Positions 10,903 through 21,941 of a DNA stretch of 64,000 nt are shown here, piece by piece. The DNA comes from Lytechinus pictus (taxonomy: Eukaryota), in the NCBI RefSeq assembly GCF_037042905.1, contig NC_087251.1, positions 30,506,001 to 30,570,000 on the forward strand, given 5' to 3'. The number at the start of each line of letters is the position of its first letter. The stretch's first letter is position 1. The notes below the pieces were generated by a model. The model was given only the letters and a program-made list of their open reading frames with translations. It was not told the origin of the DNA and did not search any database. The translations under genes were made by a program, and so were the position numbers.

Positions 10903-13900
10903 CTGTGCAAACGATCAAGGTAGAAAAAAATAGAGAAAAGAGATAATTGATTAAGCAGATAAGTATTTAATAAATATTCAAATACATTTTTGTCCGACAT
11001 AAACTGCGATAACCTGCGAAATTGAGTTGATATATGACCGCGATGATCAGTCATTCCCCCATTTTCATGCAAAGGATTTCTTGATCCATCCAGATGTATT
11101 TTAAGTTTTCAAAACCTTCAATAAACAAAATAATCTCATATTCATTTTATCAGAAGAAAGTGACAGATAAAACTAGATATTAGTACAGATTATTAATCAA
11201 ATGATTTCTTGGCCCTTCAATTAGTGAGCGAGAGAGCGGGTAAGATGCATGGAGACTGGAAAGAAAGTGGGAGAAAGTTACTGTAATGACGTATTTAGAG
11301 AAAAGCAAATGTTATAAGGAGTATTATATACGAGCAAAACGAATAATTTTACCCAATTTGCTTAGCCGTTGATACATCTGGGTGAAATCAAAGTTTGGAT
11401 GGTTTGGGTAGTAGAAAGATGTTATGATATAACCATCGTGGGTATCATCTAAAAACTCTTGAAATCCAAACTCTTTCATCCCTTCTCGTAAGATTTGACA
11501 ATTCTCCTTGTACCTGCAAAGGAAGGATTTTTTAAATGTTAAAAGTGCGAAAGGAGGGGTCGATAGAGGGATAGAAAAGATGATGAGCTATTTTTTTTTC
11601 AAATTAAGAGGAATCCTATTAAGTTAAAAAAAATGTCCCCTTTTGGTTACTGTTCACCAATAGGGAGTTTCCGCACCGCGACGCAGAACTGATTAAAAAA
11701 ACAAAGTAAATGTAAAAAAAAAAGAACTATGAGCTCTTTGTCGAAAACTGATGAACCGGCACAGCAGTTTGGTCTAAGTTTCGGAGCTGATGAAAAAATC
11801 TAATGTGTCGTTTGTCCAGAGTCCAGGACGAAACTGCTGTTTTGATTCACCAATTTTCGACAAAGACTTCTTGGTTGCGCTTTGTCATGAAACGCATTTT
11901 GCAATACATTTTCTATGTTCTTGAAAGCGTTCTGCGCCACGGTGCGAAATCTCCCTATTCCGACTCTTCCAAAGGTTTGTAGATTTTAGGTTCATGTTCA
12001 TAACTCAGAATTTCCGGGGACTCTGAAATTTAAATCACACAAATTTAATTAGTTTAGTTTTAAAAAGAAGTGATTACACTCTACAAAGTGTTTCAAGAAA
12101 GATTACAAATCAACAGGTATAATGGTCTTCTTACCGTTTTGATCTTGCCATAACCCCACCTTCGGCTTGAAATTCTTTGAGTGCCTGATGAAAAGCTAAT
12201 ATGGTGTGGGTAGGAGGGGTGAATCGAAACTGACTGTTCTTCTCTAAACCTTGCCACTGGTCGTACAGATCCAGGCTTAGACTACGAGAGTTACCTGTGA
12301 TTAATGATACATCAAAGAAAGATATCAACATGGGCAGACCATGCATGGACCCCACCCCCTATCAACGCCGATAGCTATTGTAAAAAAAAATGCATCAATG
12401 GGTAAATGGTTTAGATTTGAATTTCATGAGATATCGGCAATTATAACCTGAATGGATCATTTTGGAGATTAAAAAGGCGGATATTCGGTCTGTCCGATTT
12501 AATATCTTTAAATAATGTCGCAATGCACGATTTTTTCAAATTCGAAATGCTTTCCCCTCCCTATATAGACCCACATGTACACCATGGGATCTATAAAACC
12601 AACGGCCTAATGAGCGAATGAAAATTAAGGGGTCAGATATGGCGTATATATATGGGACAAAAAAGCTATGAGCGCGCGAAGCGAGTGAGTAAAATTTCTT
12701 ACGCCAAATCTGATTTTGTGATAGATTTGCATGACTTATATAACAAATTGTATCACATATTCCACCCTTTTCAAGCAAGTGCATAAAACCATCATTACCT
12801 TGACACTTCTCCAGCTTATCGATTTTAGCGATAGTGTATCCGAAACCTGGGACACCTTCTAGGCACTTGTTGGCAGAACTGATCAAGAAGTCAATACCAG
12901 AAGATTCAAATTCGATAGGAATCGCTCCGAAACTGCTCATGGCATCGACAATATAAGATGCGTCTATATTGCATGGTATTGGGGATTTGGTGAGAGAATA
13001 AATAAATGGATCAGTAAGTAAATTATCTGAAAATTAAAATTCAATAGTCATTTTGATTGACAAATCAAATGAAATTTAATATCTTCATAATTAGGTGAAG
13101 AGAGGAAAATATATAATGGCATTTGAACTAAATACATTATGGTATGGAATATTATGAAGTATGCCTATCTATTGGAGGTAAGGAACCAAAATAAACAAAA
13201 AAGTAGCTCATTTTCTCCCACTCTCTCGTAAAGCTAATATGACGTGCCGACAGAAGTTTTGAAATTCAAACCTTAAACGTATACAGGTGTAACGAAAACT
13301 TGTTATTATATCAGTTTAATGAAATAATATAGAGTTGGATAGACCATCATACCTGGGCAATACTTTTTCACGACCTTGCCTACATCATTGATAGGATTGA
13401 TGACGCCTGATGTTGTTTCGCTGTGAACGATTCCAACATTTGTCCATCCTCTATCATCCTTTAATTTCTCCTCTACCCGGGCCGGATCTACTTTCTCATC
13501 CTCGGGAAAAGTCATCACTTCCAAACCAGTCTCGGGAATCCCGAGAACTTTGACTGCCTTCGCCATGCGCATACCGTACGCGCCATTTACTAGTAACAAA
13601 ACCTTGATGATAATGACGAGAATGACAAAGAAAACGAATCATGTTTTGACAAAGGATTTGTTGAGTATGAAAAATATCATTTTTTTTAAATCACTCTTTA
13701 TGGCAAAATGTTCCCTGCGAATTTGAAGCGTGTAAATTGTTACCTTTGATTGTGCACGCAAGACTTAAGAGATCATTATCCTTTTTTTAACACGGGAAAT
13801 CAAAATGTCAGTTGGCTTCCCAGTCGGTGTTAACAAATTTCTATGGTGCGAGGTCATTTCAACACGCTGCAGCAGAGCTGTGGAACAAGTTACCATTTAA

Positions 13901-16900
13901 CCTGAAACTTGCCGATACAATTGAGAGTTTTAAGAGTCTTTTAAAGACACATTTCTTTCTTTCTTTATAATAATTTTTTTTGGAATTTGTGCCAAGGTAT
14001 TTTCATCTTTATATGACACTGACCATATATCTATTTCTCTTTTTTTCTCTTTTTCTTTTCTTCTTTCAAGCGCATAGGGACTTAAATTTACTTTTTGTGA
14101 TATGCGCTATAAAAGAATGGTTCATTATTATTATTATTGAATCATTTATAAGTGTCAAAATACTCATACCGAGTTATTTAAGTGAAATGTTAGCGGGAAT
14201 TTACTTTTTTGTTATGTTTATATATATTCATACTATAATTCTATTTTTGGAAACATCCTTTTACCTCAGTCGGTTTGAGTTCTTCTTGAAATATCTCTTA
14301 AAGCTAATGAACTTCGCTATTAAAAGCTAATGAAATTTTTCTACATCTAATTAGAGCTAATGAAACGTCTCTAAAACGCATTTAAGCGAACGAAACTTCT
14401 CTACAACGACTCAAAGCTAAAATGAAACTTCTCTACAACGACTCAAAGCTAAAATGGAACTTCTCTACAACGACTCAAAGCTAAACTGAAACTTCTCTAC
14501 AACGACTCAAAGCTAAAATGAAACTTCTCTACAGCGACTCAAAGCTAATAAAAATGAAACTTCTCTACAACGACTCAAAGCTAAAATGAAACTTCTCTAC
14601 AACGACTCAAAGCTAAAATGAAACTTCCCTACAACGACTCAAAGCTAAAATGAAACTTCTCTACAACGACTCAAAGCTAAAATGAAACTTCTCTACAACG
14701 ACTCAAAGCTAAAATGGAACTTCGCTATAACGACTCAAAGCTAAAATGAAACTTCGCTATAACGACTCAAAGCTAAAATGAAACTTCTCTACAACGACTC
14801 AAAGCTAAAATGGAACTTCGCTATAACGACTCAAAGCTAAAATGGAACTTCGCTATAACGACTCAAAGCTAAAATGAAACTTCTCTACAACGACTCAAAG
14901 CTAATAAAAATGAAACTTCTCTACAACGACTCAAAGCTAAAATGAAACTTCTCTACAACGACTCAAAGCTAAAATGAAACTTCCCTACAACGACTCAAAG
15001 CTAAAATGAAACTTCTCTACAACGACTCAAAGCTAAAATGAAACTTCTCTACAACGACTCAAAGCTAAAATGGAACTTCTCTACAACGACTCAAAGCTAA
15101 ACTGAAACTTCTCTACAACGACTCAAAGCTAAAATGAAACTTCTCTACAACGACTCAAAGCTAAAATGAAACTTCTCTACAACGACTCAAAGCTAAAATG
15201 AAACTTCTCTACAACGACTCAAAGCTAAAATGAAACTTCTCTACAGCGACTCAAAGCTAATAAAAATGAAACTTCTCTACAACGACTCAAAGCTAAAATG
15301 AAACTTCTCTACAACGACTCAAAGCTAAAATGAAACTTCCCTACAACGACTCAAAGCTAAAATGAAACTTCTCTACAACGACTCAAAGCTAAAATGAAAC
15401 TTCTCTACAACGACTCAAAGCTAAAATGGAACTTCGCTATAACGTACTTGAAGCTCATGAAAATTCTCTATCTACCGCGTAGCAAGGATTTAATTTTGGA
15501 GGGGGCGGTAAATGTACGCAAAGCGTTCCAACCAAAGGTTCCAACACAGAGCGCGTGAAGCGCGCTCCCTCGGGGGGAAGGTGCAGGGAGGGGGGGGGAG
15601 TCCCCCCCCCCCCTCCCGCGCGAAGCACGAAGTTTTCGATATCTCATCAAATTCAAATCAAGAAGGCGTCTCTTGTGTCTCTAGTACCTTATCAACTCGA
15701 ATTCAATTGAACTGCTGTGATAAAAAAAAAAACATTTTCAAAAGATATTATGAGCTTGAAGAATTTGAAATAATTCCTCTTACCGCGCGAAGCGCGGAAG
15801 CTAAAGCGTTTTATAAAAATTGAGAAGAGAAGTGGTATAAAATGCCTACCTTGGTCAGTTGGTCACATCACATTTGATTTAAATTTTGTTAAATCAAGTT
15901 AACTCAAGTTGCAAAACAGAGTAGAAGACGGATATATGCAGGTAGGAAATTGGCCCTATTCATTCCCGCGAATGGCGTTGAAGTTCTGAATTTTAGAAAT
16001 TTCTCTGAAACTTTAACCTGTTATAACTTCGATATTTCTTAGACTATAACTCGATTAAGAAGAAAACAAGCTCAAAGTGTGAAAGGGATTATGCAAGCTA
16101 GAAAAGGGACTTAATTTTCCTTTCCCATGCTCGCGAAGCACGGAAACCTTTGTGATTTATTTTGGAGAAAAAAAAAGTGTAATTTTGCTCATATCAAGCG
16201 CTCCCTTTTGTTTGATTAAGAAACTTCAGTGATGTTAAACATTTTTAATCAATGGCACAAAACAAGACAGGGGATGGATGTGCAGCAATATAGAATAAAG
16301 TTTCATATCGCCATACTTTTGCATATAGCACGGCGCGAATTTAGTGCCTCCCCCTTTGAGCAGATATACTTTGCCAAAAAGTACTTGCTGAAAAAGCGAA
16401 AGAAATATCATTTGGGGAGTTGGGAAGTGACGGTAATGTTTACCCTCTCCGAACAGAAGAGCCGACATTTTGTGTCAATGCAATTTTAAAAAATTAAATA
16501 AAATACTTTTCATACTCTTTACACCCATGTATAATTTATAATTTCTGGCACGGAATATACGATTCCCACAGCCGGAAAGGGGAAAAACGGAGTTGATAAA
16601 ATGTGTGGGAAACGAAAGGGAAAGGCGATTTTGACATTTTTCCCGCGCAGAGCGCGGAAGCAAAATTTTGTATGAAGAGAGAAGATCAACGTTTCGTTTA
16701 GGTTTTTAATATTCTTTTGACAAAAAAAGAAGGAAAAAAAATCAAAGCTACATCTTTCTTCCCTTTTTTCCTTTTCCTCTTTTTTTTTTCTTTTTGGGGG
16801 CGTTTTGGGGGGGCGACCGCCCCACCGCCCCCTGGCTACGCGCCTGTTCTCTATTGGGAAAGATAATTGGAAAATTTACTTACTCGAGGGTTTTCTCGAG

Positions 16901-18896
16901 GAATACTAGATGTAAGAGCGGCCTCTACGCTGAAAGTACCACTTCCTTGCATGAGAACGCAGGTATAGGTTTCTTTTGAAACTCCTTGAGCGCAATAGAA
17001 ACGAAAAAGAAAAACAATCATATTCGATGAAATAAATGAAATAAATATTCGCGTTGCCTCTTGATTTTAGGTCATGCTATTGATTCATCATAAAAAATGA
17101 TGCCAGTCAATCATGTCCCATGTCTTTTTTATATTACACTGCCGACAGATAAAATGTCCAACATTTAATCATAATCCACTTGAAATACGCTTTCGTGCTT
17201 TCGTGAGTCATCCTGTGCAAGCCTGTTGTTTTAATTTAATGCTATACTGTATATATGTTGTGGTGACTTGCCAAATAAAATCAATCAATCACTCACTGTT
17301 GCCCCCCCTTCCTCGATAACGTTGTCCCCTCTTTAAAATAAGACTCACATCGGCTCCACCCCCTCCCCCCATGATTTATACCATATTGGCCACATTTCAT
17401 ACCAGCAATTTGAAGTAAACTTTCTCGAACTGATTGGATGATGTTAATAAATGTCTGGTCTCTGGACCCTAGATCTTGAAGCATGGCTTCTTTAGTCGTG
17501 AGGCTGACACTTAGAGGGCCTGGAGTAAATAACTTCTTGCTCTGACTGCATTCTGATTTATAAGGCAAAATGTGGCACATAAAATAAAATTAGATTAATA
17601 AATATGATTTAAAGGGGAAGTTCATACTGACGTCAAGTAGTTTTGATAAAAGTAGAATAATGAAATAAAGATATTGGTGAAGATCCATAAAATAATATAA
17701 AAGTTATGTTTTATTTTATTTTGTGACGCCCCATTCAAGCAGAACCACAATTATGACGTGATATAAATTCCATGAAATGCTTTTTCTCAGAAAACTCAAA
17801 ACATTTCACCCGTGTATTCCATATATCATTAGAGTGTATTGTAAATATCATACACATTTCAATCGTGGAATCTATATGCCACGACAAATATGGGTTAGCT
17901 GCTTGCATGTGACGTCATCAAAAATATTCATGAATCTTATTCTTTGATTGATTGCCGTCAGACATTATTCAATATATTTTTCTTAATTTTCTACATTAAT
18001 ACAAAACCAACATGATGTCAGGGTGGACTTCCTCTTTAAGGGCAAGGGGTCACTATATAGAAAACTCAGGGAACTTGGGGGCAAATACGTAGCTGTCTTT
18101 ATCGCCCCACCCCCTCCCGTCGACACTCTGTCCTCGGCACGCCAGTACAGTGTTTCATTTTACACAGCATACTAGTATTGCAAATGTATTTGACCAGCTT
18201 TATATCATAAGAGAAAAAATACTTTGTCTGCGAATGATATCTTTATATATCATATCTTTAACTCTAAATGGTTTCCTTCCACTACGCCAAACTTTTTTTC
18301 CTACTTTGTCGGTCATTACATGCCTCTCTTTTATTGCACTTATCTGACATCTTTCCCCGTCATTTTTCCATATTCATAAGCTTCCCGCCATTTCCATTAT
18401 CTCTTTCCACAACCGCCCCCTCCCACGAGTAAATTAATGAGAGAGAGAAAAAAAAAAAAAAAAAAAACTTATCTGACATCTTTCCCCGTCATTTTTCCAT
18501 ATTCATAAGCTTCCCGCCATTTCCATTATCTCTTTCCACAACCGCCCCCTCCCACGAGTAAATTAATGAGAGAGAGAAAAAAAGATGAAGAGACAGTCAG
18601 ATAGAAAGAGAGAGAGAGAGAGAGAGAGCGGGTAGGGGAACTTTCACCCCCCCCCCATTTGTGAAGCCCCTGGCGACACCTGTCACACAAAGAAAATCAA
18701 ATTCCTGAAAAAAAAAGATATATAACATACTTTTCAAGAATGTTACCTTCTTTCAACTGATCGCACTCTTATATCCCAAACCCCAAAACTTTAAATACAT
18801 TACCAAAAAAGTTAACAAACCTTTTTCGAAAATCCATGGTTTTATAACTCACTTACCTGTCTTTCCAGTTGAAGTATCATGGAACCCAGACTCCAT
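10754..18896 (-). CDS. phnW: 2-aminoethylphosphonate--pyruvate transaminase (PhnW/AEPT family, PLP-dependent class V aminotransferase), 391 aa, 8 exons
   Basis: Exons 18857-18896, 17403-17552, 16884-16984, 13353-13602, 12799-12963, 12135-12294, 11353-11513, 10754-10902 total 1176 nt; all GT-AG with consistent phases. PhnW motifs: [61 protein letters not shown] (PLP lysine), [33 protein letters not shown]. Confidence 0.95.
11353..11513 (-). CDS. phnW: AEP transaminase exon 7
   Basis: [17 protein letters not shown]…[22 protein letters not shown]. Confidence 0.9.
11659..11959. mobile_element. MITE with ~30-bp TIRs in AEPT intron 6
   Basis: AATAGGGAGTTTCCGCACCGCGACGCAGAAC vs GTTCTGCGCCACGGTGCGAAATCTCCCTATT. 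Confidence 0.65.
12135..12294 (-). CDS. phnW: AEP transaminase exon 6
   Basis: [13 protein letters not shown]…[20 protein letters not shown]. Confidence 0.93.
12799..12963 (-). CDS. phnW: AEP transaminase exon 5 (PLP-binding lysine)
   Basis: [13 protein letters not shown]…[14 protein letters not shown]. Confidence 0.93.
13353..13602 (-). CDS. phnW: AEP transaminase exon 4
   Basis: [13 protein letters not shown]…[12 protein letters not shown]. Confidence 0.93.
14393..15443 (+). repeat. 32-bp minisatellite (~33 copies) with 356-bp higher-order periodicity, in AEPT intron 3
   Basis: Unit AAATGAAACTTCTCTACAACGACTCAAAGCTA repeated head-to-tail with no spacers; degenerate units flank the array. 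Confidence 0.95.
15472..16846 (+). mobile_element. Non-autonomous hAT-like transposon, copy 1
   Basis: Ends CTACCGCGTAGCAAGG / CCTGGCTACGCGCCTG; perfect 8-bp TSD TTCTCTAT (15464-15471, 16847-16854); homologous to 21942-23369. Confidence 0.85.
16884..16984 (-). CDS. phnW: AEP transaminase exon 3
   Basis: [33 protein letters not shown]; not in ORF track, translated by hand. Confidence 0.9.
17403..17552 (-). CDS. phnW: AEP transaminase exon 2
   Basis: [27 protein letters not shown]…; GT-AG boundaries. Confidence 0.92.
17613..18035. mobile_element. Kolobok-like MITE (TTAA TSD) in AEPT intron 1
   Basis: TTAA|AGGGGAAGTTCATACTGAC … GTCAGGGTGGACTTCCTCT|TTAA. Confidence 0.65.
18339..18583 (+). repeat. 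Perfect ~110-bp tandem duplication separated by poly(A)
   Basis: CTTATCTGACATC…AATGAGAGAGAG at 18339 and again at 18468 (period 129); A20 run between the copies. Confidence 0.85.
18857..18896 (-). CDS. phnW: AEP transaminase exon 1 ([14 protein letters not shown])
   Basis: aaaATG start; donor AG|gtaagt; phase 1 matches exon 2. Confidence 0.75.
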
Positions 18897-20445
18897 TTTA
18901 ACAGTTAATATATTGTAAGCTCCTTACAACAATTCTTGTTTGTCTGTGAAGTTCAGAAAACAGTTATTCCGCATTTATCGCCAATGCTGAAGGTGCATCT
19001 TCCTTCCAAACGACATGACTTAAAGACCGGTGCTCCAAAATCTAATAATGGCGTATAAAGCAATAATGTATGTGGGGTGGGGATAGACCAATCGCAAACG
19101 TTGCTTATTTTAAATAAAGAAAACTTGTTTGTCATATGGCTTCACATGTAGGCCTATATTTTTGTTTTCACATGTATATATTTGTTTTATTTTGTACATA
19201 TTCAATGGATGTAATGTTGGTGGGGCGTGGGGGGGGGGGTCGCCCCATTGGAATTATCACAGAAAGTATACAAGACAGGGATAGAGCACATAAACATTCA
19301 GTCACATGTTTTGTCATTATGACAGTGTACCAAACGTGGGTTTTGATCATGACGTATTTGCAAAACACAATTGCCTAGTATATTAAGTCATATGTATAAG
19401 TCCCTCGCAGAGTATGCGTGACCTTTGATATTTAATTCCCTCTTCATTTTTTTTTTGCACTCAGGGATTACTTGGTGTGCTATAGACCTACAGTATATAC
19501 GCAAGTCCTGATGTAGCTTTATTCATTCCTCTTCGAGACGGCTACCCGGGGGGGGGGGGCACTCGACCAAAAAAGTAGTGGGTATGTGCCGCGGGCGAGA
19601 CAAAAAACGGGGGCCTTGGAGCGGGCTTATTGTAAAAAGGAGGGTCCTCGGAACGGGCTTCGGAACTACAAATGTTTGTGAAAACGGGGGTCCTTGGAAC
19701 GGGTCCCTGCGTGTGAGTGCGTATGCATCCCTATGGAACGTGCATGCAGCTAGCCCAGCGGCACGGGCGCCGGGTGCGCTAGCGCAGAGGCGATGATCGG
19801 ACAGCGCTCTGCGGCCGCTTTTCACCAAAATTGCGGCTCATTGGAGAAGAACAATGCGACCAACGGAAAATATGCGAAGCCTTGGAGCGGATTTATTTCT
19901 TCTTTTTCTCGATAAGAAGAAAATGCTATGCTTTGGAGCGGCTTTCTTTTCGACTCCTACCGTTGATAAAAAAAATATGCGAAAAGTCCACGTATTCTTA
20001 TTTGTTAATCAACACGCTCGCGCAATAACACCTCCAATATAACTCTAGGGCCTACTTCAATGGAAGTTAATTCTCCTGGTAAACAAATTGATTCGACCCT
20101 ATCAGCGTTTTATTTTAGGAAACGTTGCGTAGTAAGATGTTTGTTAATCACTTTATCAGTGTCTATATGAAGTATAGCGAACCAAGGGGTTACCTATTGG
20201 TTTCAAGGATAATAATCATGAATTCTATGATAATTTAATAGTTCTATCGTCTATCTCTTTGCCGGGATCTCTTTATGGGATAAATAACATATCATTCCTC
20301 TTTTGGGTTCATTTACATTCGGAAATATGTCGACATCATGATTTATGAAGTATACGCTTATAGTAATCCCGCCCCACCCCCATTACTCCCCCCAATATGA
20401 TTTTGATAAACTCATTCGTGATATAGTTAAATGAACTCAAATTAA

Positions 20446-20944
20446 GGGATGCTCAAGGCTGAAGATATTAATATTTTGATAAATAGAGTAAAATTCACAA
20501 AGCAAAATGCTGAAAATAACAAAGTTATTGACTGTTAAAGATTTGCATTATTCCGGTGAAAGAGTTCTAGGCATGTCTTCATATATATTCATTAGGTGGG
20601 CTGATGATGTCATATCCCCACTTGTTCTTTTGTATTTTATTATATGAAATTAGTTTAATTACCAGTTTTTCTACCAAGAACTAAAACAAAGGGATCGACA
20701 ACTGACTAAGTTCATTAGTTATAAATTGCTGCAACATATTTCATCATCAGGGAGACACATCATTTACACATGCATGAAAAAAATGAAACCATTATGATTT
20801 CATGTGATAACAAAATATTGCTAAACTTAAGAATTCAATAACTTCGTTATTTTTTATCCGATTTTGATGAACTGTTTAGCATTTTGCTCTGTGAATTTGA
20901 CTCTATATATTTATATATAAATATTCTTAGCTCGGAGCATTACT
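20446..20944. mobile_element. Kolobok-like MITE (diverged), sharing a TTAA with the next element
   Basis: TTAA|GGGATGCTCAAGGCTGAAGA … TTCTTAGCTCGGAGCATTACT|TTAA. Confidence 0.55.
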
Positions 20945-20948
20945 TTAA

Positions 20949-21427
20949 AGGGGAAGTTCACCCTAAAGAAAAGTTTGTTGTAAATATAGCAAAAAAAACA
21001 GAATTAAAAATATTTGTAAAAGATTAAGAAAGCTATTAGAATTTTAAGTTTTGGATTTGTGACGTCATAAACGAGCAGGTGCCCCGTGTGTTATGTAATA
21101 TAGAATCCATGAATTTCATTTTTTTTAATGGTTCCTGATGACTTATTTTGTTTTCTTTTCGTGATCGGGTGTGAAATGATTTGTCTATTGATAAACAATA
21201 GTTACAGTCAAAAAACCACTTCCAATTTTCAGAGAAAATGACATTTCCTTGATTTTTACCATTCGCTATGTAGGAATGCTGATCGCATATGACGTCACAA
21301 ACCAAATAATTAAAATTCCAATAACTTTCTTATTCTTTGATGGATTCATCTCAAACCTTCGGCACATAATTCTTATTATTTTTCTGCTATTTTTACAGTA
21401 AACTTTTTGTCCGGGTGAACTTCCCCT
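20949..21427. mobile_element. Kolobok-like MITE (TTAA TSD)
   Basis: TTAA|AGGGGAAGTTCACCC … GGGTGAACTTCCCCT|TTAA, perfect 15-bp TIR. Confidence 0.75.
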
Positions 21428-21941
21428 TTAAAGGAAGTGATAAGATTTTTGTTATGTTATCACAATGACCACTGTTAATATCTAATAACAGTGTTATTAG
21501 ATAAGTCATGTTGTTATGTGTGAGGATGTGCAGAAATTGAAAATATGAATAGGGTTGGGGGTAAAACCAATGACAGTTTCATTTCACAAATATATTTATA
21601 ACTGTGAGAGCAAGTATAGTACGACAGGAACGCACATCAATTCATGGTACTTGCCGGAAACGTTGATTTTGATCCTTTCATAAATATTATACAAATGACT
21701 GGTTTTTTTCTTCTTCTTCTTAAAAGTGTATGTAATTCAACTATTGGTAATACATAATCGACCTAATATGAAACATGTAAAAACATAAATTTGTAAATAA
21801 TTATGAAAGAATAAAAATCAACATTTCCGGCAAGTATCATACTAGCAGTAATTTGATGTTGAAAATTAAATTCATGCATGGATAATCAAGATGAGCGTGA
21901 TGAACACAAATGGTAACGACTCTTTGAGAAACGTTTGTCAG

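Noticed and set aside
14393..15443. CRISPR array (32-bp repeat length)
   Set aside because: Units are contiguous with no unique spacers, there are no cas genes, and the array is inside a eukaryotic intron.
10754..18896. Bacterial contamination or a phosphonate operon
   Set aside because: The gene has seven spliceosomal introns filled with host repeats and is contiguous with LRPPRC; no pepM, ppd, phnX or phnY-like exons were recognised in the window.
10754..18896. AGXT (alanine-glyoxylate aminotransferase) assignment
   Set aside because: The motifs are SSANKC, DAMSSFG, SLSLDL and IYPGKV (PhnW type), not the AGXT-type GSQK region.
19523..20042. GC-rich overlapping ORFs upstream of AEPT
   Set aside because: No recognisable domain or splice chain; the region begins with CCCGGGGGGGG typical of an interspersed repeat end, but the other terminus could not be defined.
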